Source of the DNA: the human T2T-CHM13v2.0 reference genome, Homo sapiens
DNA length: 64,000 nt
Assembly: GCF_009914755.1 (NCBI RefSeq)
Contig: NC_060930.1
Direction: 5' to 3' (one strand)
Notes under the pieces: model-generated
Database searches by the model: none
What the model saw: only the letters and a program-made list of their open reading frames with translations
What the model was told of the DNA's origin: nothing
Translations under genes and position numbers: made by a program
Shown here: one piece after another, positions 16,501 to 33,945 of the stretch
Numbering within the stretch: position 1 is the stretch's first letter
How the letters are laid out: the number at the start of each line of letters is the position of its first letter

Positions 16501-17162
16501 TATGTTGGTGCATTACTCCCCTCACCCTAAGTATTCCCCCCCACTTTTTTTTTTTTTGGCTGCTTGATGGGATTCAGTTGTAATGTAATCAATGGTAAGG
16601 GTTTGAGTGGAGGATTTTAATGGGATTTTAAATGATTCCCTATCTCAATCTTCCCCTCCACCAACTCTAGGCAACCACTACTCTACACTCCATCTCTTTA
16701 GATTTGCCTATTCCAGACATTTCATATAAATAGAATAAAATATCTGGTCTTTGTGATTGGTTTCTTTCATTTAGCTTAATATTTTCAAGGTTCATCCATG
16801 TTTTAGCATATATCAGTATTTAATTCCTTTTTATAGCCAAATAATATTCCTTTATATGAATATTCCATACTTATTTATCCATTCATCCACTGATAGACAT
16901 TTGGGCTATTTCCTTTTTTATTATCATGAATGCTGCTGCTAACACTCATGTACAAATTTTTATGTGAATACATATTTTCATTTATCTTATTCCACTTCTT
17001 TTGCTAGGAATGGAATTTCTGGTTCAGTTGGTAAATCTATGTTTACCCTTTTGAGGAACTTCCAAAATGCTTTCTGAATTGTCTGCACCATTTTATACTC
17101 TAACAACTTAAGAAGGTTCTAGCTCTCCATGTCCTCAACAGCACTTGTTATTATCATTTTGT

Positions 17163-17461
17163 GTGTTTGTTTGTTTTTAATAGATAGGGTCTCGCTCTGT
17201 TGCCAGGCTGGAATGAAGTGGTGCAGTCACAGCATACTGCAGCCTCTAACTCCTGGGCTCAAGTAATCTTCCCACCTCAGCCTCCTGAGTAGCTGGGTCC
17301 ACAGGCACATGCCACTGAGACTGGCTAATTAATTTTTTTTTTCTAGAGATGGGGTCTTGCTTTGTTGCCCAGGCTGGTTTCAAAATCCTGGCTTAAAGTG
17401 ATCCTCCTGCCTCAGCCTCCCAAAATGCTGGGATTATAGATATGAGCCACCATACTCGGCC
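17163..17461 (-). mobile_element. AluJ
   Basis: Full dimer; ~16-bp degenerate TSD ttgttattatcatttt / ttgtttttatcttttt. Confidence 0.9.
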
Positions 17462-17553
17462 TTGTTTTTATCTTTTTGATCACAGTCATCCTAGTCGGTG
17501 TGGAGTATTATATCAATGTGGTTTTGATTTGCATTTCTCTGATGGCTAATGAC

Positions 17554-17835
17554 TTTTTTTTTTTTGAGATGGAATCTCCCTCTGTTGCCCAGGCTGGTGT
17601 GCAATGGCACAATCACGGCTCACTGCAACCTCTGCCTCCTGTTTCAGGGTATTCTATTGCCTCAGCCTCCCAGGTAACTGGGATTACAGGCACACACCAC
17701 TATACCCAGCTCATTTTTTGTATTTTTAGTAGAGATGGGGTTTTACTATGTTGGCCAGGCTGGTCTTGAACTCCTGACCTCAAGTGATCCACCCACTTCA
17801 GCCTCCTCAAGTGCTGGGATTATTTATAGGCATGA
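17554..17835 (-). mobile_element. AluS (Sx/Sz-like)
   Basis: Poly-T followed by gagatggaatctccctctgttgcccagg...cctgacctcaagtgatccaccc. Confidence 0.9.
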
Positions 17836-19290
17836 TTTTTAAGTATCTTTTTCAGTGTCTATTGTCCATTAGTTAATCTTCTTTGTAGAAATCTCTATTC
17901 AGACCCTTTGCCCATTTTTAAATTGGGCCACTGTCTTTTTATTGTTAAGTTGCATGCATTCTTGATATATTCTATACAAAAGTACCCTATCAGATATATA
18001 AGAAAAATTTTCTTCCATTCTGTGGTTTGTCTTTTCACTTTCTTGATGTTGCTCTTTGAAACATAAAACTTTTAAAATTGATCAGTTAATTTATTAGTCA
18101 TTGTTTTGACTTTGAAATAATTGATCAAGTCCAATTTTCCCTTTTTCTTTTGCTGTTTGTGCTTTTGGTGTCATACATTCAGAATGCTTTGCCTCCTCCA
18201 AAGTCATCAACATTTATTACTGTATTTCTTTTTAAGAATTTTATAGTTTGAGCCCTTGTATTTAGGTCTATGATCCATATTGGGTTAACTTTGTGTACTG
18301 TGTTGTTGTAGGTGCCCAAATTCTTTCTCTTGGACGTGGATATCCAGTTGCTCCAGCAATATTTGTCAAAATGGCTATTTTTTCCCTATCAAATTCTCTT
18401 GAAATCCTTGTCAATATCAACTGATCCTAAATGCTCATTACTGAACTCTCATTCCATTCCATTTCATTGACAAATATGTCTACACTTATGCCAGTACTGC
18501 TCTATCGTAATTACTGTAGCTTTATGGTAAGTTTTGAAATCAGTAAGCATGAGTCCTCTGACTTTATTCTTTGTTAAGATTGTTCTAGGTATTCTAGTTC
18601 CCTCACGACCTAGATGAGTCATTTCCATATCAGAATCTGGTATTTCTATATGATTGGTAGAATCAGCGTATTCATGATTGGTAGAATCAGTGTATTCATT
18701 TCTACAAAAAAGCAGATGAAATCTGTAGGCCAAGTTGGAGAGTATTAACACTTTAATAATACTGAATGTTCCAATCCATGAACGTAGGATGTCTTTCCAT
18801 TACTATCTAGGCCTTCTTTCAACAATATTTTGTAATTTTCAGTACATAAATCTTGCAGGTCTTTAGTAATTTTATTCCAAAATATTTTATTCTTTTTGAT
18901 GCTATTGTAAATGGCATTGTTTTCTTAATTTCATTTTTGAGGTGTGCATAGCTGATATATTAAAATATGCTTGATTTTTGCATATTTCTCTTATATCCAG
19001 CAAACACATCGAACCAGTCTATTAGTTGTAATAGTTTTTATTGAATTTCTTAGAATTTTCTATATACAAAATTATGTTATCTGTAAACAGAGGTAGTTGT
19101 ACTTCTTTTTTTCTAATCTGGATGCCCTTCATTTCTCTTTCTGACTAAACACCTGGCTAAAACCTTCAGTACAATATTGCATATAAGTGCCATTAATGGA
19201 CATCTTTGTCTTGTTCCCGATCTTATAAGGGAAAGCATACAGTCTTTTACCACTAAGTATGATGTTAGGTGTGGGTTTTCCATATATGTC

Positions 19291-19667
19291 TGTCTTAGCT
19301 CAGGCTGCTACAACAAATACATCATAAACTGGGAGGCTTAAACAACAAACATTTATTTCTCACAGTTCTGGAGGTTGGGAAGTCTAAGATCAAGGTGCCA
19401 GTAGATTTAGTGTCTGGTGAAGGCCTGCTTCATGGCTTACAGATGACATGATCTTGTTGTATCCACATATGGTGGACAGCAGAAACAGAAGAAACAAACT
19501 TTCTTGTGTCTCTTCTCAGAAATGCCCTAATCATAAAGGTTCCATCCTTATGACCTAATTTTTAATGCTTCCCACAATTCTCATCTCCAAATACTACCAC
19601 ACTGGGAATTAGGCTTCAACATATATATTCAGAGGGTGAGGAGGGACAAAAACATTCAGTCCATGCA
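19291..19667 (-). mobile_element. MLT1A/MLT1A0 MaLR solo LTR
   Basis: tgtcttag...ggctgcta...atttatttctcacagttctggagg...aagatcaaggtgcc...aacattcagtccatgca. Confidence 0.85.
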
Positions 19668-20473
19668 ATCATCTTTATCAAGTTAAAGAGGTTTCCTTCT
19701 CTTCCTGGTTTGTTGAATGTCCCTCTCATTAAACACTTTTGGAATTTTGTTAAATGCTTTTCCTACATTTATTGAGGTGATCATGTGATTTTTCTCCTTT
19801 ATTCTGTTAATTTGATGCATTACATGAATTGTTTTCTAAGTTTAAAACAACTTTATATCCCTATGACAAATCCCATTTGGTCATGGTTTATAATCCTTTC
19901 TATACTTGCTGAATTCAGTTTAATGGCATTCTGTTGAGGATTTTTGCATCTGTATTAAAAAACATTGCAGTCTGGTTTTCTTTTCTTGTGATATCTTTGT
20001 CTGGTTTTCATATCAGGCTCAATCTATATTACCTTTATAGAATTAGTTGGGAAATAATTGGTATTCTTCTTTAAACATTTGGTGGAATTCAACAGTGAAA
20101 TAATCTGTGACTGAGCTTTTCTTTGTGGAAATTTTTAAGCTACTAATTTAACCTTTTGCTATTGTCCTGTTCAGATTTTCCATTCCTTCTTGATTCAGTT
20201 TCAGTGGTCTGTGTCTTCATAGTAGACCAACTGTATATTTATATAGTTTGTTATATTAACCATTTTATTTGCCACTTCTGGTTCTTTTCATTTCTTTCTA
20301 TAACTTGAGGTGCCATTTCCTTACCCCAGTACAGCATTATTACCACTTACCTCATTCGTGTCATTACTGTCAAATATATTATATTTCCAAACATTACAGA
20401 CCCAACATAACAATTTTTATATACATAGTGTTTTATATAGCTGCTTTATAAATCAATTTTAAAAAGGAAATAT

Positions 20474-20643
20474 ACAATTATACTATCTCTTATATTTATG
20501 TACTTAATTATCTTTATAAATGTGTGAATTCAAATTATTTGGTGCAGCTTGCTTTTAGACAACTATACTTTCTCTTATATTTATGTACTTAATTATCTTT
20601 ATAAATGTGTGGATTCAAATTATTTGGTGCAGCTTGCTTTTAG
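20474..20643. repeat. Direct tandem duplication, 2 x 85 bp
   Basis: 20474-20558 and 20559-20643 differ at 3 positions. Confidence 0.95.
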
Positions 20644-20649
20644 CCTTAA

Positions 20650-22900
20650 AAACTTTTCTTACATGGGTCTGACGGCAAGAAATTCTCCTGGTTTTTGTTT
20701 ATCTGGGAATGTATTTTGCATTCATTTTTGAAAGATAGTTTTGCTGGATATAAGTTTCTCGGTGGAGAAGTTTTTTCTTTCAGCACTTTGAATATATCAT
20801 CCCACTGCCTTCTGATTGCTATGTTGATGAGAAGTCAGCCATAAATATTGTCAGGGTCCCCCTGTATATGCTTTTTTCTTGTGACTTTCATGATTTTTTG
20901 TCTGTTTTTTTTTTTCCCACATTTTTGGTAAAAGTGTCTTAGTGTAGATTTCTTTATGTTTATCCTAATTGGAGCTTGTTGATATGCTTGAATTAGTAGA
21001 CTGGTAGTTTTCATCAAATTTGGGAGGTTTTCAGTCATTATTTCTTGAATATTTGTTTTTCTACTTTTTCTCTCATCTTCTGATACTCTCATTATGTGTA
21101 TTTTTACACACTTAATGGTGCTCTACATTTCTCTGAAGCTGTTAATTTTTCTTTATTATTTTTTCACTTTTTTCTTCAGATTGTAAACTCTTTAATGATG
21201 TCTTCAAGTTCAGATTCTTTCTTCTGCCAGCTGAAAACAACTATTGAGCCCTTCTGAATTTTTTCATTTCAGTAATTGTATTCTTGAACTCCGTAATTTC
21301 TATTTTTTAAAATAAATTCTGTCTCTATTGATACTCTTTACTTTGTGAGACGCTATTATCATATCTTCCTTTTTTAAAAATTTTATTTCCTTTAGTTATT
21401 TGAACACATACATAATAGCCCCTTTGATGTTTTTGTCTGCTAAGTCCTACATCTGGGCCCCCAAAAAGCAGTTTCTATTGTCTACTTTTTTTTTGTCTCC
21501 TTTTTATTGTTCACACTTACCTATTACTTGGCATATCTAGTATTTTGTTGTTGTTGTTGAAAAGGGACACTTTAGATAATACAGTGTAGCAAATCTAGAC
21601 AACTCCCTCCCCTCCCTGGGGCTTGTCATTGTTTATTTCATGACTTGGCTGAACTAGTACAATGAAGTCTCTTCCCTTGCAGTATGCAGCCTCTGATGTT
21701 GTTCTTCAGAGGGTGCAGCCTTGAGTATGCAAACAATCTCCTCCATAACCAGAGATGACTGTAGTTTTAGTCAGGGGGTGTTTGGCTGTTACCTTCCCTG
21801 ATCTCCCTATTAAGTTTCTGGCTGTTTTGCCTCTACTGTTATCACATACAGCTGTTAGCCCCCACTAATTGACAGCTGTTTGCTCCACTGTTTCTGATAA
21901 TACCCTTGGGCATAAATTGCTCCAGAGATTGATTGATCTAAATAATGTTGGGCCCCTGTGAAATGTTGCCAGCCTTTAAGTTTTGCTCTGACTGCAGGAG
22001 GGCTCTTTTTAACTATCTCTTTCCCTTGTTTTCTTTGTTTAACATCTAGCTGACCCACTGTTTTGCTTTTTGCTACCAGTATCATGGAGCTACCAGTCCC
22101 CTCTTAATCACTCATCACCAGGATCTTCATTGTTGTTGTTGTTATTTTTACAATGAACTTAGGTATGAACTTCCACACACTCTGTTCCAAGCAGTGACGT
22201 GGAAGAGCTGCAGAGCTTTCTGCTCCTAAGGTCTGAGCCGAACATCTGTACCACTGTACTGAAGCTGAGGGTGGACCTGCAATTAACTTCTCCTGGAAAG
22301 ACTTCCCTGGATCTGAGAATGGTGATCTGGAAAGGGAAGCAACCCCTAGACTTCTAGGCTTGTCTATTCTGGTATGTAGCTTTGCTCCCTATGAGAGCTA
22401 GGGTGGTGGCAATCAGAGCCCAGTATTCTCAGACTACCATGTCTGAGGTAGAGCTTTTATCCTATGAGCTGAGGTTAAGTGAGAAAAGGGAGCCCCAGTC
22501 ATCTCAGCTGTGCCTGCCTAGAATAAAGCTTTTGCAACATGGGGCTGAGGGAGATGAGAGATGCCTACCTCTTGCCCCTTCTGGGGTAAAATTGTTGCCC
22601 TAGAATAAGAACTGGAGGGGCAAGCTACACTCACTCAGAGTAGAGCTTCTGTCACACTGAGTTAAGGTGGCAGAATGGTGAAGAGTGATCATGTGAGCAG
22701 GTCATGGTTTAAATGCAACAGACTCTCAATACTGTTCTTAACAAGATTTAGTTGATCTTGAATATGTGTTGCCCTGCTTGCTGTACGTGCTTAGGACAAT
22801 TTCTACAGACTTTAAATGATTATTTCAAAAAAAATTTACCAGTTAAATGTGTTTCACTGGGGAGAGACTCTGCCATCCTTACATAGCCATTTCAGAAGTC
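20650..22900 (-). mobile_element. Old L1M ORF1 and 5' region remnant
   Basis: ORF 20835..21092 (IQEIMTENLPNLMK...RINIKKSTLRH) resembles L1 ORF1p; a more GC-rich 5'UTR-like tract follows. Confidence 0.7.
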
Positions 22901-23139
22901 CCACGTCAAGATTAGATGTGTTCTACCTGAATATTTTACTTTATAATTTCTATCAACTGTTTTTTTTTTAAGTTTTAGTGTGCTTTTTGTAAGACACACA
23001 AAATTAGAACATACAAATGAAGATAAGGGGGAAGATTTGAAATGAATGAGAGGACATCAAACTAATATGATGGTTTAGCAAAACTGAATATTACTCTTAC
23101 CATCCCAAACTTCATGGTGTCTGAAGCATGGTGTTAACT

Positions 23140-23345
23140 GCTATCATTCATTTAGTGGCAGGCAGGTATCAAGTGCTTTTCATATATTATGCTAAACTCT
23201 CCTAAGCACTCCACGTGTTACACAATATAATTTCCCTCCACATAAATGAGGAAACTGACCCTCAAGGTCACACAAAGAAAGCAGAGAACTGGTATTGATT
23301 GGAATTCAGGTCTGTTTTACTCTAAGTCTGCATTCACTATGTGCT
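23140..23345 (-). mobile_element. MIR
   Basis: aaatgaggaaactga...caaggtcacaca...caggtctg core. Confidence 0.65.
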
Positions 23346-23607
23346 CCATAAAAAGAAACATTTCAATTCATCTGCAGAACTATTTTTCAAGAATTAGAAT
23401 CTATGAGAAGTGTAGTAATATTAAATAGGTAACACGGTATAATATGTTTTATCAGAAATATATACTTTTGCAAGGGTATTCCACTTGATTTGTTGACAGT
23501 AAACAAAATTAACTAGTTCTCCAGTTACATTGGAATTGCATAAATGTGTTATCCAGCACACATGTGTCATAAGCTCATGTTTTAGTTTTGTGTTTTGTTT
23601 TGGTTAC

Positions 23608-23698
23608 CTTCGAGAAGATCATCCTCATCGATGCCTTTGACAATCTTTGATTTGTAGTCTCGGATAAACATGTATTTTAGCAGTCTTCTAAGTTTTTT
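23608..23698 (-). CDS. SUPT3H: SUPT3H internal coding exon (91 nt, phase 0-1; probably exon 5)
   Basis: Minus strand tttttaatag|AAAAAACTT...CTCGAAG|gtaacc. Translates [30 protein letters not shown](D), in frame with both neighbouring exons. Confidence 0.97.
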
Positions 23699-23931
23699 CT
23701 ATTAAAAATATAAAATAAGTAAATAAGAAAACCTATACATATATTCACTTTACTGATTAAAGACTACTATAACCAAATTTAATAAACTTGTACCCCATGA
23801 TATCAGAGAAAGTAAAGTAATCCTTAGCATACTGCTATGACATAAAAAGGTAGTCATCAAACACAAAGGCTAAAATACAAGTCTTTTAAAAAGCAGTTTT
23901 CATTTACAAATATTCGGATGTTCCAGAATCA

Positions 23932-24590
23932 CAATACTCACACATTGCTTAATGAAGGGGATCTAAGAAATGCCTCCTCAGGAGACTTCATCGTTTTGTG
24001 AACATCACTGAATACACTTACACAAACCTAGATGGAACAGTCTAATGCACACCTAGGCTACATGGTGCGGCCTACTATTCATGGGCTACAAACTGGTATG
24101 CAAGGGTAAGAAAATGGTAAGTATTTGTATATCTAAACATTTCTAAATATACAAAAATTAGTTAAAATACCATGTAAATGACAAAAAATGATACATTTGT
24201 AGAGGGCATATACCATGAATGAAGCTTGTAGGACCTGAAGTTGCTCTGGTTGAGTCCATGAATGAGTGGCAAGTGAATTTGAGGGCCTAGGACATTACTG
24301 CATGCTATTGCAGACTTTATTTTTAAAAAAGCTGTACACTTAGGCTACACTACATTTAAAATTTTTCTTTCTTCAATAATAAATGTGCCTTAGCTTACTT
24401 ACTGTAACTATTTTACTTTATAGACTTAATTTAAAAAATACTTCACTCTTACAGTAATACTTAGCTTAAAACACAAACACCTTACACAATTGTACAAAAA
24501 CGTTTTTCCTTTATATCCTTATTCTATAAACTTTTTTCTACTTTTAAATTTCTTATAGCTTTTTAAACTTCTCTGTTAAAAACTAAGATG

Positions 24591-24627
<37 letters not shown>

Positions 24628-25120
24628 GCCTATGCCTACATAGGGTCAGGACCGTCAATATCACTGTCTTCCACCTCCACATCCTGTCCCACTGGAAGGT
24701 CTTCAAGGGCAATAGCATGCATGGAACTGTCAGCTCCCTTGATAACTGCTTTTTTATTGGTATATCTCATGAAGGAACAACCTCAGGTGGTTCACAGTTA
24801 AGTGTTTTTTGCAAATAGTACACTCTAAAATAATGATGGAGTATTATAAATACATAAACAAGTAACAATCATTTATTATCTTTATCAAGTATTATGTACT
24901 ATACATAATTTTATGTGCTATGCTTTTATACCATCAGCAGTGCAGAGGTATACACCAGCATCACCACAAAGTCGAGTCATGCATTGCACTACAATGTTAG
25001 TATGATACCTACAACATCACTTGATAATTGGAATTGTTCAGCTCCATTATAATCTTATGGGACTACTGCTGTATTTGCAGTACATTTTTGAAAAACAGTT
25101 CATCATATGGTACCTGACTA
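23932..25120 (-). mobile_element. Tigger3b/MER7-type non-autonomous DNA transposon (contains a (CA)n at ~24590-24628)
   Basis: acttacacaaacctagatgg...cacacctaggcta... and end ctccattataatcttatgggac...tgacta-TA. Confidence 0.8.
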
Positions 25121-25124
25121 TAAT

Positions 25125-28296
<3,172 letters not shown>

Positions 28297-29354
28297 ATTT
28301 ATTAGACCGTAATGCTGCTTAATTTTTAAAGTAACTGATAATCCTTTGTAGCTTGTTCTATGCTTACACTTAGAATGTATTATCACTCGTTCTTGACCTT
28401 CAGGTTCAAGATTTCTATTAATAGCTGAAACATACTGCATTTTACACAGTTCTTTAGATGCACATTATTTGATATCTTCAATAGTTTCTTTGCATCTGGC
28501 GCCTTGTACCTAAGACTGCCTCACCCTGGGCAGAAACTTTCACTTTAAAAAATCCTACAGTCTCTCCATCTAATCATACAACCTTGAAGTTTCATGAGTC
28601 TTAAAATTCTTCTTCAAGTAAATCATATAGATACCCTATACCAAATAATAATTTTCTTAATAGTGAAGATTTTCATTTTGTAATATTCTTCATATCATCT
28701 AAGAGTTGATTAACTGAAACATGTAAAATATTAGAGAATATTTTTGACTACCTACTCATGAAAAATAATTATGGCAAAATTAGACACACAAATATCAGCT
28801 TAAATATTTTAATACCAGATTTCAAAGAGTAAGAAAGGTAGGCCTTTGTTCAAAAACAGAAATTATGGCATATGTTTATCCCACTGAAAATTAATCTTTA
28901 TTAATTTACTTTTTTCAATAAGGTAGAGCTACAGACTAAACTTTGTATTTCAGGCTTAAAAAATTACTCTATGAAAGTCTATAATCCTGGTAATGTTAAT
29001 CTGTAAGAAGAGGAGAAAAATAAATATGCCATTCAGTTATATCCCACTTATGACAACAGAACATAGAGTCAGTATTTAGTGAGTATCATGTAGCAATGAA
29101 AGCGTCTGCATAGACGCATAAGGATAAGTGAGGGTTCGCTGTTAGCACAGTTTTTATATAAGTGCTTTTGTCCACATAATAAATATCAATTCTTTTGTAA
29201 ACACATTTTGTCGTCCAAACTATGAAGACTAAAACATCAGTTCAATAGTTATTATTTTAATTTGAAAGGTACATAACAAGGATATATAGTTTCCACATGC
29301 AAGTTCAATTAAACAAAACGTGGATTTTAATACAATAAAATTATGTTATATTAC

Positions 29355-29441
29355 CTTATCTTTGCGCATCAAAAACAGAAGATCTTCAGGAGTGATTACC
29401 CTTGCTCCCCGCAGCTGAGAAACTTCAGCAGCTTGCTGTAA
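29355..29441 (-). CDS. SUPT3H: SUPT3H internal coding exon (87 nt, phase 0-0; probably exon 4), histone-fold region
   Basis: Minus strand tattgttag|TTACAGCAA...GATAAG|gtaata. Translates [29 protein letters not shown], recognised as human SUPT3H. Confidence 0.97.
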
Positions 29442-31607
29442 CTAACAATAATGAAAATTTAGAAATTTTTCTCAGTAACACAAATTATATATAGTACAGT
29501 CATGATGTCTCTAAAGAGATAAATATACTAAGAGTTAAAAACCTTTGGGAAATAATCCAGCAATCACATTACTGCTTTTAAGAGTAAAATGTCTTATGTT
29601 TTTAAGATATAAAACATGCAATTAAATTAACTTATGAGCCCACCTGTAACCAATACAATAAACAGAAATCTTTTATTTCTTTCTTGCAAAAGAAAAATCA
29701 TACACAGCTTCCAGAAATGCATTAATGCACCTGAAAATGATTTCATGAAATTTTATCCTTCATACTCATGTGAGCAATGGTTTCACTCAGTATCACTAGT
29801 TGAATAAGTATATTATTAATCTGAGCTCCCATGCTGCTCTGATTTGAAATAGGCCCATTCAGAACTTTAAAAGATCAACAAAAACAGTAGCTGTTTCTAA
29901 TATCCAAAGGAAAAAAAATACGTTTAGTTTTGGCAAGTCTTCAGTGGGTAAAGGATTCAGTCCATAAATCATAATACTGGACTGCATTAATTTCTTTCCA
30001 TACTAATCACATGCACACAAAAAGTTAACTGTATCTGGAATGTACAACACAAAACATTACTGCACTAAAAGTTAGATTCCCCCTGAAATGTTCATCTAGC
30101 CCCTTATATCTACAAAGTCAAGATTTTTCAGGAATTCATAAGTCCTAGAAACATAATCTTACTTAAAAATGACATGGAAAATAAAAGAATGTGAAAAATG
30201 ATAGTTCCGTTTTTTGGCACAGGCAAACTCAATTTCTTATTTTGATTAGTTGGAAGCAACATAAAATACGCCCATCTGAAAAAAATAAAGATGCTACAGA
30301 AAACACTATAAAAATGTGTCTGTAACTTCTTCCAAATTTGATCAAATCTTACGGATTGCACCAAACCAAGTCTATCCAATATGAAATACTATAAAAAGTT
30401 ACATATAAAAGCTGTTCCTGAATGCATCCTTCTTTTAAAAGATAAACCTAACACATTTTCTTGAGAACTAATCTTTAAAATGTGACACACTATTATCTCA
30501 ACAAATATATGAAATCAAATAGTACATTTGTGCTAAAGAAATTCTGCTTGAATGTTTAATCCTTTTTGCTAAGTAAGCTTCAAACCTTCTCTAAATACAC
30601 AGACTACAAAATAGACTATAAACTCGCTATGTGTCAGCTTTACCACTGAATTTCCTGGATACTGCGGTTGGTATATAAACACTATCCTATCTAAATATAG
30701 AAATTTAAATTTAACTGTGAACCATTTAAAAAGAAATCTTGGTGGGGGGGTAGGTTTTTAAAAAGATGATGTTATCTACTCAGAAACTGTTTTCAGCAGG
30801 CATGAACATATTTTTTCTAAAAATTGGTAGAGTGAGGGAAATATATGTGCACATGCTTTTCAAATAAAAATATTTCTATCACAGTCTAAAATACAGGCAA
30901 TCAGTGTTGAGAAGAATATGGGCTATATATACATTTGTCTGGACACATACACAGTAAATTTATTTTCTTAAATGAAGAATGCTGATCATTTGAAATCTGA
31001 AAAACACTATACAGACACATGTAATTTTACTCACATTAAGAAGGATCAGGAGAAATATGTATCCCTAAATAGTTTTCTCAATTAATCAACAGTTTATGCA
31101 CACTACATATAAATAATCTCTATTCATAACATTCTCCAAAGTATCAGTTTACAAACATATTAGCCAGGATAAGTATGATAATAGAAAATAAAGACACAGA
31201 AGAGTTGAACATTTGGAATCACTGTTTTTTTTTTTTTTTTATTTTCAGAACCAATACATGACCACTGTAAGGATCTGGAATTTATATCATGGTTATCCTG
31301 TCGTATGTAGTAGGAAAAGTTTATCTTTGTTTTTTATTTACCTGTTTTTCTAATTTATCTCAACCAACATAATATCCTTACTAGGACTAGCATTGGTACC
31401 ACTCCCTTGTCTGCCTTGGACCTCTGCCTAGTTAGTATGTCTCTGGAACTGAAAGTATCACTATGTTACCTTACCAAGGCCTGCCTATCCCGGATGTGTC
31501 CCAAACCCCAAAATTACCTCTCCCAAACTCTGACCTCCTCTTCTCTACCAAGTGAAGACAGAAATCTTATTAGCTAATTAAAGTAACTCATACAAAAGTC
31601 ATCTACT

Positions 31608-31796
31608 ACCCCCATACCAAAATACTCAAGTCCTGCACTTAGCCCTATGGAACCTGTGTATCCAAAAAGTCAGCCCTCCTTATAGAGGAGTTTCACATCT
31701 CAGGAATACTATTTTCCATCCATGTTTGGTTGAAAAAAATCTGCATATAAGTGGGACCATGCAGTTCAAGCCCAAGTTGGTCAAGGGTCAACTGTG
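31608..31796. mobile_element. MER8 (Tigger2-derived) fragment
   Basis: ttggttgaaaaaaatctgcatataagtggg...cagttcaagccc...caagggtcaactgt. Confidence 0.75.
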
Positions 31797-31897
31797 TTAT
31801 TATGCATTGGTTTACTTCTCCTGCAAATTTTTGCCTACTACCAGAAAGACTAAAGAAAGTTTTCTTTAACAATACAAACTTCAAAAACAGGTGAGCA

Positions 31898-32739
31898 TTA
31901 AAAAGTGGGCAAAGGAGAAGAACAGACACTTTTCCAAAGACGACATAGATGTGGCCAACAAGCATTTGAAAAAAAAAGCTCAGTAACACTGATCATTAAG
32001 AGAAATGCAAATCAAAAGCACAATGAGATACCATCTTACAGCAGTCAGAATGGCTATTATTAAAAAGTCAAAAAAAAAAAACAAACCAGATGCTGGCAAG
32101 GCTGTGGAGAAAAGGGAACACTTATACACTGTTAATGGGAGTGTAAATTAGTTCAACCATTGTGGAAAGCGGTATGGTGATTTCTCAGAGCTAAAAGCAG
32201 AACTACCATTGGACCCAGCAATCCTATTACTGGGTATATACCCCAAGGGGTATAAATCATTCTACCATAAAGACACATGCACACAAATGTTCACTGCAGT
32301 ACTGTTCACAATAACAAGGACATGGAATCAACTTAAATGCCCATCAATGACAGATTAAAGAAAATGTGGTATATATACACCATGGAATATTATGCAGCCA
32401 CAAAAAAGAATGAGATCATGTCTTTTGTGGGAACATGGATGGAGTCGGAGGCTAACTAATGCAGAAACAGAAAACCAAATACTGCATGTTCTCACTTATA
32501 AGTGGGAGCTAAATGATGAGCACTTATGAACACAAAAAAGGAAACAGACACTGGGGCCTACTTGAAGGTGGAAGGAGGGAGAGGAGAAGAAAGGATAACT
32601 CTTGGGTAGTGGGCTTAATTCCTGGGTGATGAAATAATCTGTATAACAAACCCCAGTGACATGAGTTTACCTATGTAACAAACCTTCACATGTACCCCTG
32701 AACCTAAAATAAAAGTTAAAAACAAAACAAAACAAAACA
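31898..32739 (+). mobile_element. 5'-truncated older primate L1 (about L1PA12-16) with 15-bp TSD
   Basis: ORF2 C-terminus and 3'UTR ending cctgaacctaaaataaaagtt(AAAAC)n; AAAAACAGGTGAGCA at 31883-31897 and 32740-32754. Confidence 0.9.
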
Positions 32740-33442
32740 AAAAACAGGTGAGCAACTGGGCAGTCCAATTCCACAGGCATTAAACTTAAAATTGGTGCAT
32801 TTAATGTGAAAACAATAGTAGAACTGGGAAACCAATATCAAAAATGTTCCTCAAAACTTCAGTGTTAACAGCAGTTCAGTTATAGCATTTCTGTTTTTTT
32901 CTGATTAATATTACTTCTATTTGTCAAAGTAAACAAAATATTAACTTGTAACAACTTTGTTAGGAAAAAACTCCCTAAAATATTAAAACTCATGTTTACA
33001 TTTTAAGTATGTTATAATACTTTATTAGGAGGTTGAGAAGTAAAAGGTACACTATTACATGTCACCTCAAATGCCACATCTTTGACCCTATAAATAAATC
33101 TGTTCTCAATTTCACATTGCTATCCATGACATTCATTTTTTTTCTCACTGTATTATATTTTCACCAATTTCTGTTTATTTTGTTGTTTCTTTTAATCTTC
33201 TCAGGGGTCTTGAATGTGCTATTTCCACCATATTTGTTCTACTATAATCTCCCTTAAATATAATGTCTGAATTCTTGCTCTAAGATTAATAATTCCCTGT
33301 TATCTAAATTCAATGTGGTCTTTAAAGCTCGAATGATTCACATATTTTCCCTGCCTTTCCACTAATTATATTTATTGTTTTTCTCTCATATAATTCTACA
33401 TTTAGGCTCCAATAATTTTGGTTCTTTTTACCTTTGTGTACT

Positions 33443-33945
33443 TGTGATGGTTAATTTTGTGTGTCAATTTGACTGGACCGCGGGGTACATAGACATTTGG
33501 TCAAGCATTATTCCGGGAGTGACTATGAGGGTGTTTCTGGATGAGATTAACAGTTCAATCAGTAGACTGAGTAGCAGACTGTCCTCCTTAATGTGGGTGG
33601 GCCCCATCCAATCAGTTGAAGACATGGATAGAACAGAAAAGGCTGAGTAAGAGGAAACAACTTCTGTCTGAATGCATAACCTGGGACACTGGGCCTTTTC
33701 TGGCCTTTGGTCTCAGACTGAAACATCAGGTTTTCTTGTGTTCTGAGGCTGCTGGCTTTCATACTGGAACTAAACATCTACACATTGGCTTTCCTGGGTC
33801 TCCAGCTTGCCAAATGAAGATTTTGGGAATCCTTAGACTCCATAATTGCATAATTATAATTTATTATCCTTATAATAATACATAAATCTCTCTCATACAC
33901 ACAGGTGTGCACACTCACACATACTTACTGCCGGTCTCTAATATA
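33443..33945 (+). mobile_element. MLT2 (ERVL) solo LTR
   Basis: tgtgatggttaattttgtgtgtcaatttgactgg...gtgggtgggccccatccaatcagttgaag. Confidence 0.85.

Larger units (their letters stand above)
16640..20220 (-). mobile_element. L1MA/L1MB 3' end plus ORF2 remnant, interrupted by two Alus and MLT1A
   Basis: ctaggcaaccactactctac...caaggttcatccatgtt... followed by continuous degenerate antisense ORF2. Confidence 0.8.

Noticed and set aside
18651-18698. 24-bp tandem duplication (tgattggtagaatcag.gtattca x2)
   Set aside because: Real, but an ordinary slippage event inside an old L1; two units without spacers is not an array.
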